Program-made: the position numbers and the translations under genes
DNA from: a virus
Virus record (IMG/VR): IMGVR_UViG_3300021247_000536
Coordinates: 115-64,114 of that record
Direction: 5' to 3' (one strand)
Length of the DNA stretch: 64,000 nt
Shown: piece after piece, positions 1 to 10,460 of the stretch
How the letters are laid out: each line of letters begins with the position of its first letter
Numbering within the stretch: position 1 is the first letter of the stretch
Notes under the pieces: model-generated
What the model was told of the DNA's origin: nothing
The model's input: the letters and a program-made list of their open reading frames with translations, nothing else
The model's database searches: none

Positions 1-1985
1 GCCACCAAAGCTCCATTCATTCCACCTACAATACCAGATATCAATGTCGTAATAAAAGCTGTCTCAGCAACTGTCTTGCCCCACTTCTCTCCAACATCAA
101 GGTTCGCCCCTGTTATCTGATTTGCCTTCATGTTAACGCCCCACTCTGCCATTTGCTGCATAAGCTCCTGTACGTTTTCAGCGGCAATGTTTCTGAAAAT
201 TTCTTTAGTGGCTTCCTTGCGAGCAAAAGATTTAGTACCTCCGTCTGCAAGTATTCTCATATACTCAGAAGCAGACTTTCTTGTAACTGAAGCTCCAAAT
301 GCAGCTTCAGGGTTAACCATCTCAAGCATACCTTGAACAAGTCCACTTACAATTGAATAACTCTCGGCGTCCGAATCAGACATGCCGGCTTCTTTTCCTG
401 CTCTGTAATACCCTTCCATTGTAGTTGCAGTTCCGGCTGCTGCCTGTCCAGCCATGAGGGCAAGTTCACTTCCACCCAATGCTGCTCCTGCTGCGTATCC
501 AGTGCCGACCATTATACCCATAGTTACTGCAGAGCTTACGACCTTAGAAACAATACTATCCTCTATTGGAAGTAAAGGAGCTACCATCGTCTCTGTCCCA
601 AACGCAGCCCTATTGTAAACGTCATCAGTCCAACTAAACTCATCTCCATCTCCAAAGGCTTTAGGAAGATAAGCGAATCCCATAGTTGCGTCAACAATAG
701 CCATCGCCGCTGGGTTGTCAATGTTCTTTGCCTTCCACTCGAACACAGGACCTAGCTGACTTAGTCTAGCTTGCTCTTCTGCAGAGCGCTGCTTAGCCTG
801 ATCTTGAGCAATAAAGTAAAGAGGGTTTTCTTTTATAGTTATAGACAATGCAGACTTAGCGTCAGCAATATCTTTTTGATCTTTTTCTACAGCCATCATA
901 GCAGAAACAAACCCTTCATCAGCTATCAAAAGCTTGTAGGTATTCATTGTCTCTGACAACTTTGTCTGCTCCTCTGAAGTATTGGCAATATAGATGCCAT
1001 CAGCATCTTTTGGCCATGCCATCAACGTGTCGTATGCGCTATCATATGCAAGCTTCTGAGCGCCGTAGTTATTATCCAGTTCTTTTTTATTTATATAAAA
1101 AGATTCAGCAGATGCTTTTGAATAAAGATTAAGTGCATAAATATCAGAAGTAGCTCTTGCCTTTTGAAGCATTAGCTCATTTGAATACTCTAATGCTGGA
1201 GCAATCGTGGGAGAAATGGCAGATTGAATAATACCGGGCTCTCGCCTCCACTCTTGAGAGTAATACTGTTCATTTTTCTTAAGGTCATTATAAGCAGATG
1301 GATTAGTATTAAGAAGATACCAATCACTAAACGCCCTTGCCTTATCAAGAGTATTTCGCTCTTGAACAACTGGAGCTACAGCCACGCCAGGATATTGCGC
1401 CGCTACTTTAGTTTGATACTCTGGCGTTCCGGGAGTATTTGCCCTTACATTTGCATTTTGAAATTCTGAATTTTCAAATTCATTTTTACTAGCAACTAAA
1501 CGCCTAGATTCATAGTCCTGAACTCTTAAATTGTAAGCTATCGTTTCTGGAGCTGTAATATTTTTTATTACAGCCGGAGCAGAGCCCATCATTGGCTCTA
1601 AAACATCAGGAACATAATCAAGAAATTTTACAGCTAACGATCTATCATCAACAGGCTTAGGCTCATTATATTGATATCCTCTTACACTAGGCTTAGTCCC
1701 AGTATTAAGATTGTTGTTGTAAATAAATTGAGGTAGCTGAGCTGGCTTATTTGCCGCCGGCTGTGGTGTTGAAGGCGATGTAGAAGGAACCGCGTTTACA
1801 TCCCACTTCCGCGACTGAGCGAATCCCGGCATCTGTCCTGAAGGAGATGGTGTAGATGGTGAAGTCTGGGATGGACCAGCTACGTCTTTTTTTTTTACTT
1901 CTTGAGCGTCTGGTACAAACGACGGTGTCGGCCCTTTTTTAGGAGCATTATCTGGAGTAAATGAAGGTGTTGGCCCTGATCCCAT
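1..1985 (-). CDS. Giant internal virion/ejected protein, N-terminal part (runs off the window start)
   Basis: Not in the ORF track (no stop in window). ATG at 1985 follows the TAA of the upstream gene; spot-read in frame at both ends (MGSGPTPSFTPDNAPKKGPTP... to ...AFITTLISGIVGGMNGALV). Pro/Ser-rich start, then Gly/Ala-rich hydrophobic helices typical of ejected proteins. Confidence 0.8.
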   Translation of the reverse strand, partial: MGSGPTPSFTPDNAPKKGPTPSFVPDAQEVKKKDVAGPSQTSPSTPSPSGQMPGFAQSRKWDVNAVPSTSPSTPQPAANKPAQLPQFIYNNNLNTGTKPSVRGYQYNEPKPVDDRSLAVKFLDYVPDVLEPMMGSAPAVIKNITAPETIAYNLRVQDYESRRLVASKNEFENSEFQNANVRANTPGTPEYQTKVAAQYPGVAVAPVVQERNTLDKARAFSDWYLLNTNPSAYNDLKKNEQYYSQEWRREPGIIQSAISPTIAPALEYSNELMLQKARATSDIYALNLYSKASAESFYINKKELDNNYGAQKLAYDSAYDTLMAWPKDADGIYIANTSEEQTKLSETMNTYKLLIADEGFVSAMMAVEKDQKDIADAKSALSITIKENPLYFIAQDQAKQRSAEEQARLSQLGPVFEWKAKNIDNPAAMAIVDATMGFAYLPKAFGDGDEFSWTDDVYNRAAFGTETMVAPLLPIEDSIVSKVVSSAVTMGIMVGTGYAAGAALGGSELALMAGQAAAGTATTMEGYYRAGKEAGMSDSDAESYSIVSGLVQGMLEMVNPEAAFGASVTRKSASEYMRILADGGTKSFARKEATKEIFRNIAAENVQELMQQMAEWGVNMKANQITGANLDVGEKWGKTVAETAFITTLISGIVGGMNGALV

Positions 1986-1988
1986 TGA

Positions 1989-3764
1989 TTATATTTTTGT
2001 GTAAATTGCTGGATCAAATTCAGTTGCATCAATAACCCCCTTTTCACCAGTTGAATTAATTTTAACTCTAATTTTATTTCCATCTCTTGGTTGAGTCCCC
2101 GAAGGTACGGCATTTTGTCCAGCTTGCTTATATTCCTCTCTAGTTTTTGCAGCATTAATATTAACACTGAAATCTTTCTTGGCGTTAAGTTCATCAGCCT
2201 TAGCCTGCATCTCAGCGACAGGTACACCTAGTTGAGTTTTACCATCAACTTCTTTCTTCACGAGAGCGTTCTTAACAGTAGAAGCTGGAGTATACACAGT
2301 TCTCTTTATCTCATTGCCGGATGCGTCTTTTTCAATATAAGTACCAGATGTTATTACGCTATACTGTATCTGAGATGGATAATTCTTCTTGTAATTTTCA
2401 ACTTCAGAATCTGGAATAATTACCCCCTCTTTTGTAGTAGGCACAATCCTAGTCTCTCCCCAGGTAATTACAGTTCCATTTGCAAGTTCGTTAGGGGCTC
2501 CAGTTTCATTGTTAATAAGCTTTTGACCCTTAGTAGTTTGAGTAGTTATAGGCGCAGTATGCTGCACACCTCCAACAGAAGTAACTGGAGATATTTCTGG
2601 AGTGGCGTCAGCTCTTCCGCCCATAGACCATCCAGTGTTATATTCAGATGGCTGATCCCATGAACTATATTTTTGTGTTGAGCCATCCGATGCTCCAGGC
2701 TGACGAGTGCTAGGCGTGCCGGCAAGTTTCACTTGAGTCACTCTTGGATACAATGATTGAACGCGAGATCGAATGTCTTCTTCTGTGAATATGTCACTCT
2801 TTCCTCCGTACTGATCTTTCCATATGCCAGCAGTGATGGCATTAACCTGCTCTTCGGACATACCTTTTTCTGACCATTCAGCCCATACATCGTAAACCCC
2901 CTCCTCTCCATACTTGCCCATGCTTGACGCCGTATCATTTGCAAAATTCTTAACAGCATCATTAACCGCAACGTCAAGATTTGTTTCGGCTTGAGCAGAC
3001 ATAAGATACGATCCAAGGTTGTGACCAGTAGGATCAAGAGGGTTTGATAATCCTCCAACTCCATTCATGAATGCAGCACTTGCATCAAGAGCATCCTGAG
3101 ACAAAACAAGGTCCGGATCATTCTCGAGCTCTTGCAGTTTAGCTACCTGCTCTACAATAGAATCTTCATATCGAGCTACCGTTCCCATTGAGTTAAGCCA
3201 TCCGTTGAATCCGACATCGTTTCTCAATGCCGTTGTCCAGTCATCTCCATATGCAGCCTTGGCATTGTCTTGCCACATCTGAAGTCCACGATAGAACTCG
3301 TCATTGAGTTCACCTTGAACAGCTACTCGCTTTGTTTGTGGTGGAGCAGCAAGCTTATAGAACGCATCAATCTCTTCAGCCTTCTTAGCTGCAGCGTCCT
3401 GTAGAGCTCTTTGCTTAGCGTCGAATACTCCAAATGGAGTGAGCATGCTGGGGGCGAATAGAGGAACACTTCCAACTACACTGCCGCCGTAGGTGCCCTT
3501 TAGGATAGGATTGTTTGCTGAAGGGAACATGGTCCCATAACTCATTTCTGGAAGACCGCCTTCGTATTGTTTTTGCTGAGCAAGTATTCGCTGCTGCTCA
3601 GGATTCATGGTGGCATTGTAATTATACTTCTGATCCATGTATCTCTGAAACGCAGATCCAGGACCGGCGAATGCAGCCACATCATTAGGGCCAGGTGTGC
3701 CAGAAGTACCCGTTGAAGGGGTATTCAAGGCCTTTGTCATATCTTGCTTTCCGTTTACTGCCAC
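1989..3764 (-). CDS. Putative internal virion (ejection) protein
   Basis: 591-aa ORF, GTG start, between tail gene and giant protein; Ala/Gln-rich helical N-half. Confidence 0.6.
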   Translation of the reverse strand: MAVNGKQDMTKALNTPSTGTSGTPGPNDVAAFAGPGSAFQRYMDQKYNYNATMNPEQQRILAQQKQYEGGLPEMSYGTMFPSANNPILKGTYGGSVVGSVPLFAPSMLTPFGVFDAKQRALQDAAAKKAEEIDAFYKLAAPPQTKRVAVQGELNDEFYRGLQMWQDNAKAAYGDDWTTALRNDVGFNGWLNSMGTVARYEDSIVEQVAKLQELENDPDLVLSQDALDASAAFMNGVGGLSNPLDPTGHNLGSYLMSAQAETNLDVAVNDAVKNFANDTASSMGKYGEEGVYDVWAEWSEKGMSEEQVNAITAGIWKDQYGGKSDIFTEEDIRSRVQSLYPRVTQVKLAGTPSTRQPGASDGSTQKYSSWDQPSEYNTGWSMGGRADATPEISPVTSVGGVQHTAPITTQTTKGQKLINNETGAPNELANGTVITWGETRIVPTTKEGVIIPDSEVENYKKNYPSQIQYSVITSGTYIEKDASGNEIKRTVYTPASTVKNALVKKEVDGKTQLGVPVAEMQAKADELNAKKDFSVNINAAKTREEYKQAGQNAVPSGTQPRDGNKIRVKINSTGEKGVIDATEFDPAIYTKI

Positions 3765-3765
3765 G

Positions 3766-4713
3766 TTATGCTGTCATTGTAGGAGATGCCAATCCGCTTC
3801 CGCCTAAGTCTGGAAGGTTTTGTCCTGGATTTATATTTGTTGGGTTATATATCCCTGTGCTTGATGGAAGAATTGGAGATTCTGGAGGAGTAGGTATAGG
3901 AGGTGTAATCGAAGGAGATCCTCCGCTAGAACTTCTCTTTAACATATCAGCCCAGTCCGACACACCCATTCCTCTTGCTGCTGCATTTGAAATGTTAGCA
4001 TAAGAATCTTGAGCTCCCTGAGCCCACTCTGCACGCTTCTGTAAACTTTTAGACAACGCTATTTCCATACGTCTCTGTGCAATCTTGTTTGTAAGATCGG
4101 ACGTAAAGGTATTGTAAAATTTCTGTTGTTCGTCAGCCCGAGCAAGAACTTGATTCATTGATCTTCCGACATTTGCTTGGCTACCTAATAGAGCCTGCAT
4201 TGTTCCGGCAACATCTCCTCCACCTGCCTGCACAATAGCTTGATTTGTTCCAGCTGCAGCCTGCTTAAGGTATCCCATGTCAGCTGCAAATTCAGATCCA
4301 GTATTCAGCGCCCGTCGCTTCTGGTTCATCTCCGCAAGAAATGCAAGCTGAGTAGGATCTGACGCGCCAGGCATGAGAGCCTCTGCCTGTTTCTTAGCTC
4401 TTCTTGCTTTTAATGATTGTAGAAATCCAAATGCAGTTCTTTCAATAGCACCTAGACCTTTATTATTTAAGGCGCCCGTTAACTTACCAATGATATCACT
4501 ATTACCTCCAGTAGCGCCACCGCCTCCTGGCTTCGATAAAAGCTTGCTCAATATCTGGCTTCCTCCGGCTGCGCCTGCTCCGCCTGCGGCTGTTCCTGCT
4601 GCCGCTCCTGCACCTGCAGCTATGCCACCTGCTGCCGCTGCACCACCTGCTGCTGTTCCTGCCGCTGCACCTGCTCCTGCAGCTATCCCTGCTCCTGATG
4701 CTATAAATGTCAT
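3766..4713 (-). CDS. Putative internal virion (ejection/pilot) protein with Gly/Ala-rich repeat
   Basis: Duplicated AGIAAGAGAAAGTAAGG N-terminus, helical AQ-rich core and Pro-rich tail; position typical of podovirus ejection genes. Confidence 0.65.
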   Translation of the reverse strand: MTFIASGAGIAAGAGAAAGTAAGGAAAAGGIAAGAGAAAGTAAGGAGAAGGSQILSKLLSKPGGGGATGGNSDIIGKLTGALNNKGLGAIERTAFGFLQSLKARRAKKQAEALMPGASDPTQLAFLAEMNQKRRALNTGSEFAADMGYLKQAAAGTNQAIVQAGGGDVAGTMQALLGSQANVGRSMNQVLARADEQQKFYNTFTSDLTNKIAQRRMEIALSKSLQKRAEWAQGAQDSYANISNAAARGMGVSDWADMLKRSSSGGSPSITPPIPTPPESPILPSSTGIYNPTNINPGQNLPDLGGSGLASPTMTA

Positions 4714-4720
4714 GCTTGTT

Positions 4721-5224
4721 TTATTTAGAGTTTAATCTTAAGTAACCAAATAATCTACCCATCAGAGATTTCTTTTTACTAATGAATGAATCGTATTCAT
4801 CGTAACTCTTGGCAATGATATTATCTTCAAGCTTTGCAATGTCTGTTGTGTTTTCTTTGTTCACATGGACAGTTATCCACACAGTATCTGTTATGGCGTG
4901 AACGACTCTCTTTGTTCCTGACTTTGATATCATGGATCTTGGAGCTTCGATTCTTTCTGATCCAAACTCTGTTACAACTTCAACTGTTCCTGACATCAAG
5001 AAGTTTGGGTGGTCATGCTTATGAATCTTTCCAACAAGTACAGTGCCGGCTGGGATGAATATCTCCCTGACGTATATCCCGTCCGAGAACGAATGTTTCA
5101 AGGGACAGTAATCTGTATCTCCAAAGAACGCACCCTCGACATTGGACAACATCTTTTCAAATTCAACTATAGACTCTCTGTCTACAGACTTTGAAATTGA
5201 ATTATTTGTAAGCTCAATATCCAT
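4721..5224 (-). CDS. Cupin-fold protein
   Basis: HSFSDGIYVREIFIPAGTVLVGKIHKHDHPNFLMSG...TVWITVH is a cupin beta-barrel with His motif, as seen in phage virion modules. Confidence 0.75.
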   Translation of the reverse strand: MDIELTNNSISKSVDRESIVEFEKMLSNVEGAFFGDTDYCPLKHSFSDGIYVREIFIPAGTVLVGKIHKHDHPNFLMSGTVEVVTEFGSERIEAPRSMISKSGTKRVVHAITDTVWITVHVNKENTTDIAKLEDNIIAKSYDEYDSFISKKKSLMGRLFGYLRLNSK

Positions 5225-5234
5225 ATAACAACCA

Positions 5235-8200
5235 TTACTTAAGAACCTTAGACTGCATGCCTGCTGTGTGCAGGATAAATTTCGATGCTAAGTTATGAAT
5301 AACTTTGCACTGAAGCAAACGATCTTGTATTCTGTCGTAAGGAGGATCTGCTTTTCTAGGGATGAACTGTTCCCATCCATCGTAGCGAAGTAGGTAGTTA
5401 GGACCCTGGATAGCCTGAGACATTGTAGCAAGGACATTGCCGGCGGTGTCTATAAACTCAATAGATGTAGGCTTGTCTGATCGGTCAGAGTTTATCCTTA
5501 CTCGAATAAATTCCTTCTCGTCAAATGTGCTAGGAGCCGAAGCCCATGTCACCTCAAACTGAATCGGATCTCCATTAAGAGTAAAGCCATGATCAAGGTC
5601 ATACGTTACTCCGTCTCTCGATCCTCTTGACTCATTGTTGTACGCACCCATGCGGTCGAACTTCATGTCATTCCATCCGTTCCATGATCCGTTACGAGGA
5701 GAGTAGGAGAAACATATTGACAGCGGAGGTTTACCTGAGTCATTGCCCGGGTCGTCTATGTGCAACCAATACTCTTGGTTTCTAGGATCATAATGACCCA
5801 CAACCTTTGTCGCAAGACCATTCTGTATTCTGTCAAGCACAGGTCTTATCCTTGAGTAGTAGTTAGCTCGTCCAATATTCTTAGGAGCTTGAGGTCCAGA
5901 TAACATGAACACTGAATCTTTGTTAGCAAAGAATAGCGCTGGCATAAGTATCTGTGCTCCGTTTGCATCCTGGCCCATAGGCACAGTGAACTCAGCGGCA
6001 GATCTCCACATCTCATCCTTCATGCCTATACGTCTATCGATCCAATATTCAGCTCCAATAAATGCTGTGTTGGCCATGTACGCAATCTCTCCACCGTTAA
6101 GATCGGATAGAATGGATTTGCCTGTAAGCAATAGACAGATTCCGGAATCAGTTATAGCATAAAGGTTCTCGCCCTTCTCATTCATTTCGCTGTATGCGTA
6201 CTTGATCTCTCCGTTTTTATCATCGATATCAAATGCGTTGTTAGCAGGAAACGTTCTTAATGATGGAGCATCCTGAACATTTATCTGTCTAGGCAATGAG
6301 TGCATCTCTCGTGTAGGGAAATGCGTCTGCTCTACAAAGCCGAACTCTGGCTTAGAGAATACATTCTTAGGTTTCTCATTCGAATACTCAGGGTTCACCT
6401 GCTGCAAGAATCTGAATCCGCCCCACTTCCACTGTTCCTTCTCCTGCTCTCCGTAATCAACAACATATTGTTTATAAATATTTTGCTCAGCAATTGTCTT
6501 GCTATCATCCCATCTATTAGGACGCATCACGTAGTTTACTGAAGGGAAGTATTGAAGTGGATATTCTAGGTTATATCCATAGACCGTGTTGATGCGACTT
6601 TCTACAGTGAACATCATGCATAGTTGACGAAGATACCCGAGGTTTAGCCAGTCTTGATCTTGAATGTGATTGACGCCTGTGGTTCTAGCTACTACATAGT
6701 GTCTAGGATTTAGCTGCATCTCTGCATATGGGAAACCTATACCAAATGCAAATTGAGTTGACGCTGCATCATCTTCAGCAGATGACTCTCTATCAATAGG
6801 AGCGAATATAGACTCTCCGATTGTAGCATCTCCACCCCAGAATCTTATTGGAGCAGTGTTGTCATATTTTACAATGATGAATGCCTTGTCTACTGGATAG
6901 AAGTTTGACTGATCAAACACAATAGTAAACTCTCTGTTGTTTGAGTTTGTATGAGTGTATGTTCCAGTGGCTCCGTTGGTATAAGCTCCGTTAGCGGCAA
7001 TGTAGTTTGCTATGGCAAGTCTTTGAACGTTTGTATAGAAGGTTACGTTCATCCACTTCTCTTCTGTTCCGTCAGTCTTCCTGATATATATGAATCGATC
7101 AGTGGTTGCAGTAGGGTGAGTGGACGTCAATGCCGGGATGCAATCTTCCCATCTCTCATCAACAAGAACATATGACTGACCAGAAAGTCCAGTACCTCTT
7201 CCGATAATACTTTCTATCTTCTGGTAGTGCACAGGTTTATATTGCTGAAGATTCACATCTCCAACCTCCGCAGCTGTTCTGATTATGTTAACGACATAGA
7301 TCGGCTCTGTCCAATCCTTCATCCCATCATCTGCAAACGCTCTGTCTGTAACTCCGCCAATGTTTCCTCTTCCGTACAACGATTGGTTTATGCTAAGCTC
7401 AAGGTACGTTCCTCGGCCCTCTGTTTTTCTGGCAAGACTTCTTATGGTAAACTCGTTGTTACCTCTGTCTCCTCCAGCAAATAATCCAGGTTGCTGATTG
7501 ATGTTGCGCCACTTTCCATAGCCAACATAGTTGTACCCATCTCCACCAGAAAATCCCATAGAAGCATCTTCTAATGGATTTATTTCTGCAGCCAATCCGA
7601 CTTTATCTTTTAGCATCCTCGCGTAAGATATCATATCAATGCAACGATCTCTCACGTTAAGATCAGCTGTAGCTTCAAAGCTATATACCTCAGAAAAGAA
7701 ACCAAGAGGAGAAACAAACTGCACAGCGTAGTTTTGTGGATTAGCTATGATATCATTGACAGTGTCAGGAGACACAATTCCGTTCTCAATGTCAGGAGAA
7801 AATAGCCAAATCTTTCCTGTATCTTTTGTGGTAAGAGATTGATTAGATGCAAAATTATATACCGCTGGGCTCATTGAATAACATCCTATGCCCTGAGCAA
7901 TCACACGTCCAGCAGCGTCTGTTCTAGCTATGCTAAAAGATTTCATCCACGCTGGGAAATTAGATATCCCGGCAAGAAGATTTCCTTGAGAATAATAGTT
8001 AGGTCCAAATCCTTTAGGACTGTAATCTACCTTATCGGTAGAATGGTTGTTTGTTGGAGAGACCCTGGTTGTAGGAATAAAGTTATGTCCAGACGTGTCA
8101 GGATCTTGTTGACTTGTAGGTGTGTATGGATGATAGTATGGAAATACCTGATCAAGAGCATCAACCCTAGCCCCATGATTCTCTATTTCTCCACTTGATT

Positions 8201-9713
8201 CGTTAGGGGTTACAGCGTCATTGACGGTAAGTTGAAATTTCCACCCGTCTACCAGCAAACCGCCAGCCTGATAAATATTTTTGAATGACGTTAGGTCAGT
8301 CTTTGATTCCGCATCTGTAAGGTCAAATACTTCGTGAGTATTGCCAATGGTGTTGTCAACTCGGGTTGCCTTGACAGTTCCTCCATACGAATACAGATCG
8401 GTTGTGGCCGATGTTGCATCTCGTCTATTTGGCATAAGGACATTGCCGCTGTTGTCAATCTTCTGCGCGAATCCTCTCCCCATGACTCCATCATATCCTT
8501 GTATTGCAAATCCAAATCTTTCACCGTGGTGATAGTGCTTTCTATTTACAAAGTTCCAAACATCTGTGTATCCAGCCTTACCCATATTTTCAATGACTGG
8601 GTGCATCTCCTTGCCGTCAATCTTGCTGAATATAAGCTCCGACTCCTTAGAGGCGAGACGAACATTCATTAGAGATAGTCGCTTGTTTATGAAGCGCATT
8701 GTCTTGGCTCCATCTACATAAGCGAGCTGTTGATTTTCTGTTGCGTCAGAAACAGAAATAGGAGGATCAATGTTTGAATCTGATGGATCTACAAAGTCAC
8801 GCACAGACACCTCGCCTCTTGCGATATCAATCTTTGATATCACTTCAGATGTAGGAGTAAATCCTAGGCCAGCGCCTTGGTTATAAGCCGTGCGCTTGAT
8901 CTCGATGTAATCGTAGTTATGCAGGTTGGTTACGCGGAATCTTATTGCAATACCAAATCCTGTAGAGAACTCAGGGTTTGGTCCGCCTCCAAATGTTTTT
9001 GATCCAGGATACTGGCTTGACTCGGATGAGTTTGTCTGAACCACTGGAATAAGAGGCGTTGACACCGACCAGTTTGTGCGATCCCCAGCAGATGTAACGT
9101 ATCTAAATGAGTAGTCATAAATACCTACAGGCAATCCACCTCCGCCACCAACAGGTACAAGCTCCACAAATACAGGAGAGTCATTCGAAGTTGCAAGGTT
9201 TACTGAGTAATCGTCAGGGTTGAATGCTGCAAAATATTTTGTAGGATCAAGCGTAAGCGAGTCCACCATATCTTGAACATTCAGTATCAGCGGAGTAAAC
9301 GACAATGCCGTGAGTCCTAGCAATCCGCCAAGACAGTCTTCGTCAACATCAAACTGAGGAGGATCGGATACAGTTACCGGAAACAGAGAGCTCTGAAGAC
9401 AGATAACTCCATCGATCCTAATCAACGGATCTAGTGCAGTTGTTGCGTCAGCCCACACCTCCACATAGTGTTCGTTCACTTGTGTTGATACTAGGCAAAC
9501 GTAATCCGTAGACGGGAGGTTGTCTGGGTATACAAGCTCTTCTCCGCCAATTTTTTGAATAGCACCATCAGCGCCACCGACAGAATTTACTCGAGCATTT
9601 CGAGCATCAACATATTTGCCATTGTTCTGAGCGCCAAGCAACTCTTTGCTTGTGTCGCTATCTGCTCCGGCAGTAAATGTTCGAACGTCATATGGCTGGT
9701 GCTCTTGCTTCAT
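5235..9713 (-). CDS. Large tail protein (tail stabilisation/nozzle-like)
   Basis: 1492 aa, beta-rich; N-terminus (TFTAGADSD...YVDARNARV) and position resemble P22 gp10/crAss muzzle-type proteins. Confidence 0.6.
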   Translation of the reverse strand: MKQEHQPYDVRTFTAGADSDTSKELLGAQNNGKYVDARNARVNSVGGADGAIQKIGGEELVYPDNLPSTDYVCLVSTQVNEHYVEVWADATTALDPLIRIDGVICLQSSLFPVTVSDPPQFDVDEDCLGGLLGLTALSFTPLILNVQDMVDSLTLDPTKYFAAFNPDDYSVNLATSNDSPVFVELVPVGGGGGLPVGIYDYSFRYVTSAGDRTNWSVSTPLIPVVQTNSSESSQYPGSKTFGGGPNPEFSTGFGIAIRFRVTNLHNYDYIEIKRTAYNQGAGLGFTPTSEVISKIDIARGEVSVRDFVDPSDSNIDPPISVSDATENQQLAYVDGAKTMRFINKRLSLMNVRLASKESELIFSKIDGKEMHPVIENMGKAGYTDVWNFVNRKHYHHGERFGFAIQGYDGVMGRGFAQKIDNSGNVLMPNRRDATSATTDLYSYGGTVKATRVDNTIGNTHEVFDLTDAESKTDLTSFKNIYQAGGLLVDGWKFQLTVNDAVTPNESSGEIENHGARVDALDQVFPYYHPYTPTSQQDPDTSGHNFIPTTRVSPTNNHSTDKVDYSPKGFGPNYYSQGNLLAGISNFPAWMKSFSIARTDAAGRVIAQGIGCYSMSPAVYNFASNQSLTTKDTGKIWLFSPDIENGIVSPDTVNDIIANPQNYAVQFVSPLGFFSEVYSFEATADLNVRDRCIDMISYARMLKDKVGLAAEINPLEDASMGFSGGDGYNYVGYGKWRNINQQPGLFAGGDRGNNEFTIRSLARKTEGRGTYLELSINQSLYGRGNIGGVTDRAFADDGMKDWTEPIYVVNIIRTAAEVGDVNLQQYKPVHYQKIESIIGRGTGLSGQSYVLVDERWEDCIPALTSTHPTATTDRFIYIRKTDGTEEKWMNVTFYTNVQRLAIANYIAANGAYTNGATGTYTHTNSNNREFTIVFDQSNFYPVDKAFIIVKYDNTAPIRFWGGDATIGESIFAPIDRESSAEDDAASTQFAFGIGFPYAEMQLNPRHYVVARTTGVNHIQDQDWLNLGYLRQLCMMFTVESRINTVYGYNLEYPLQYFPSVNYVMRPNRWDDSKTIAEQNIYKQYVVDYGEQEKEQWKWGGFRFLQQVNPEYSNEKPKNVFSKPEFGFVEQTHFPTREMHSLPRQINVQDAPSLRTFPANNAFDIDDKNGEIKYAYSEMNEKGENLYAITDSGICLLLTGKSILSDLNGGEIAYMANTAFIGAEYWIDRRIGMKDEMWRSAAEFTVPMGQDANGAQILMPALFFANKDSVFMLSGPQAPKNIGRANYYSRIRPVLDRIQNGLATKVVGHYDPRNQEYWLHIDDPGNDSGKPPLSICFSYSPRNGSWNGWNDMKFDRMGAYNNESRGSRDGVTYDLDHGFTLNGDPIQFEVTWASAPSTFDEKEFIRVRINSDRSDKPTSIEFIDTAGNVLATMSQAIQGPNYLLRYDGWEQFIPRKADPPYDRIQDRLLQCKVIHNLASKFILHTAGMQSKVLK

Positions 9714-10204
9714 TTCAGTAGTATTGTTGTTAATACGGCAGCAGCTGTCGCAGATGCCGCAGCAACAAATTTAACTCTTCTGTTCAACTTGGCAATGGTA
9801 TTCTTTTGATTGTTTATGATAGTATCTTTTGATGCTATCACATCTTTATAATCAGAAACTTGTTGTCGAAACAAAGAATCATTCCTAGAATATTGAGATG
9901 CAATAGAATCACATCTTACAACAAGACTATCGCAAAGAGCCACCTTGACAATTGTATCCTTAGTATTAACGTATTGAAGCACAATCTCTTTCACCTTCTT
10001 CGTTCTGTAAATGACGGTATCTCGAGGAACAATTATTGTGTCTCGAGCATGTATGGATTTCATAAGAGAATCTACTCTCGATTCGATCTTAGATCCATTG
10101 TCATGGATAGATCCAGGAGGACTCATCTTTGTTACATTACAAATGATTCCAAGCATGGCAATGATTGTTAGCACTAGGAATACCTTATAACTGCTCTTTG
10201 TCAT
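9710..10204 (-). CDS. Spanin-like membrane coiled-coil protein
   Basis: N-terminal TM helix, coiled coil, hydrophobic C-terminus; last gene of the lysis cassette. Confidence 0.55.
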   Translation of the reverse strand: MTKSSYKVFLVLTIIAMLGIICNVTKMSPPGSIHDNGSKIESRVDSLMKSIHARDTIIVPRDTVIYRTKKVKEIVLQYVNTKDTIVKVALCDSLVVRCDSIASQYSRNDSLFRQQVSDYKDVIASKDTIINNQKNTIAKLNRRVKFVAAASATAAAVLTTILLK

Positions 10205-10460
10205 CTCCCTTATTATTTTGCTTCAGATACTGATATGTAGTCATCCCAAGAAGTGCGGCAACAAATGCGTAGTCGGCATAAAGTATTGACACCATCAATG
10301 AGAAGTCTTCTTTTGAATAGGCATGTGATACCCACATAGCATGCATAGATACTACGCAAGACGTAATAGCAAAGGCGGTCAGCTTTCTAGCTGAGGCGCC
10401 CTTTGTAGTATGTTCCCACGAACTTTTTATCCAACGTGAGATGCGGCTGAGTCGTCCCAT
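10185..10460 (-). CDS. Holin-like membrane protein
   Basis: Two hydrophobic helices and charged C-terminus; likely start ATG 10460 (MGRLSR) overlapping the endolysin end. Confidence 0.55.
   Translation of the reverse strand: MGRLSRISRWIKSSWEHTTKGASARKLTAFAITSCVVSMHAMWVSHAYSKEDFSLMVSILYADYAFVAALLGMTTYQYLKQNNKGDDKEQL

Noticed and set aside
1887-1896. A10 run (minus strand) near the start of the giant gene as a frameshift or phase-variation site; overlapping ORF 1895-2227
   Set aside because: The main frame reads straight through (V-K-K-K-D); there is no evidence the alternative frame is used.
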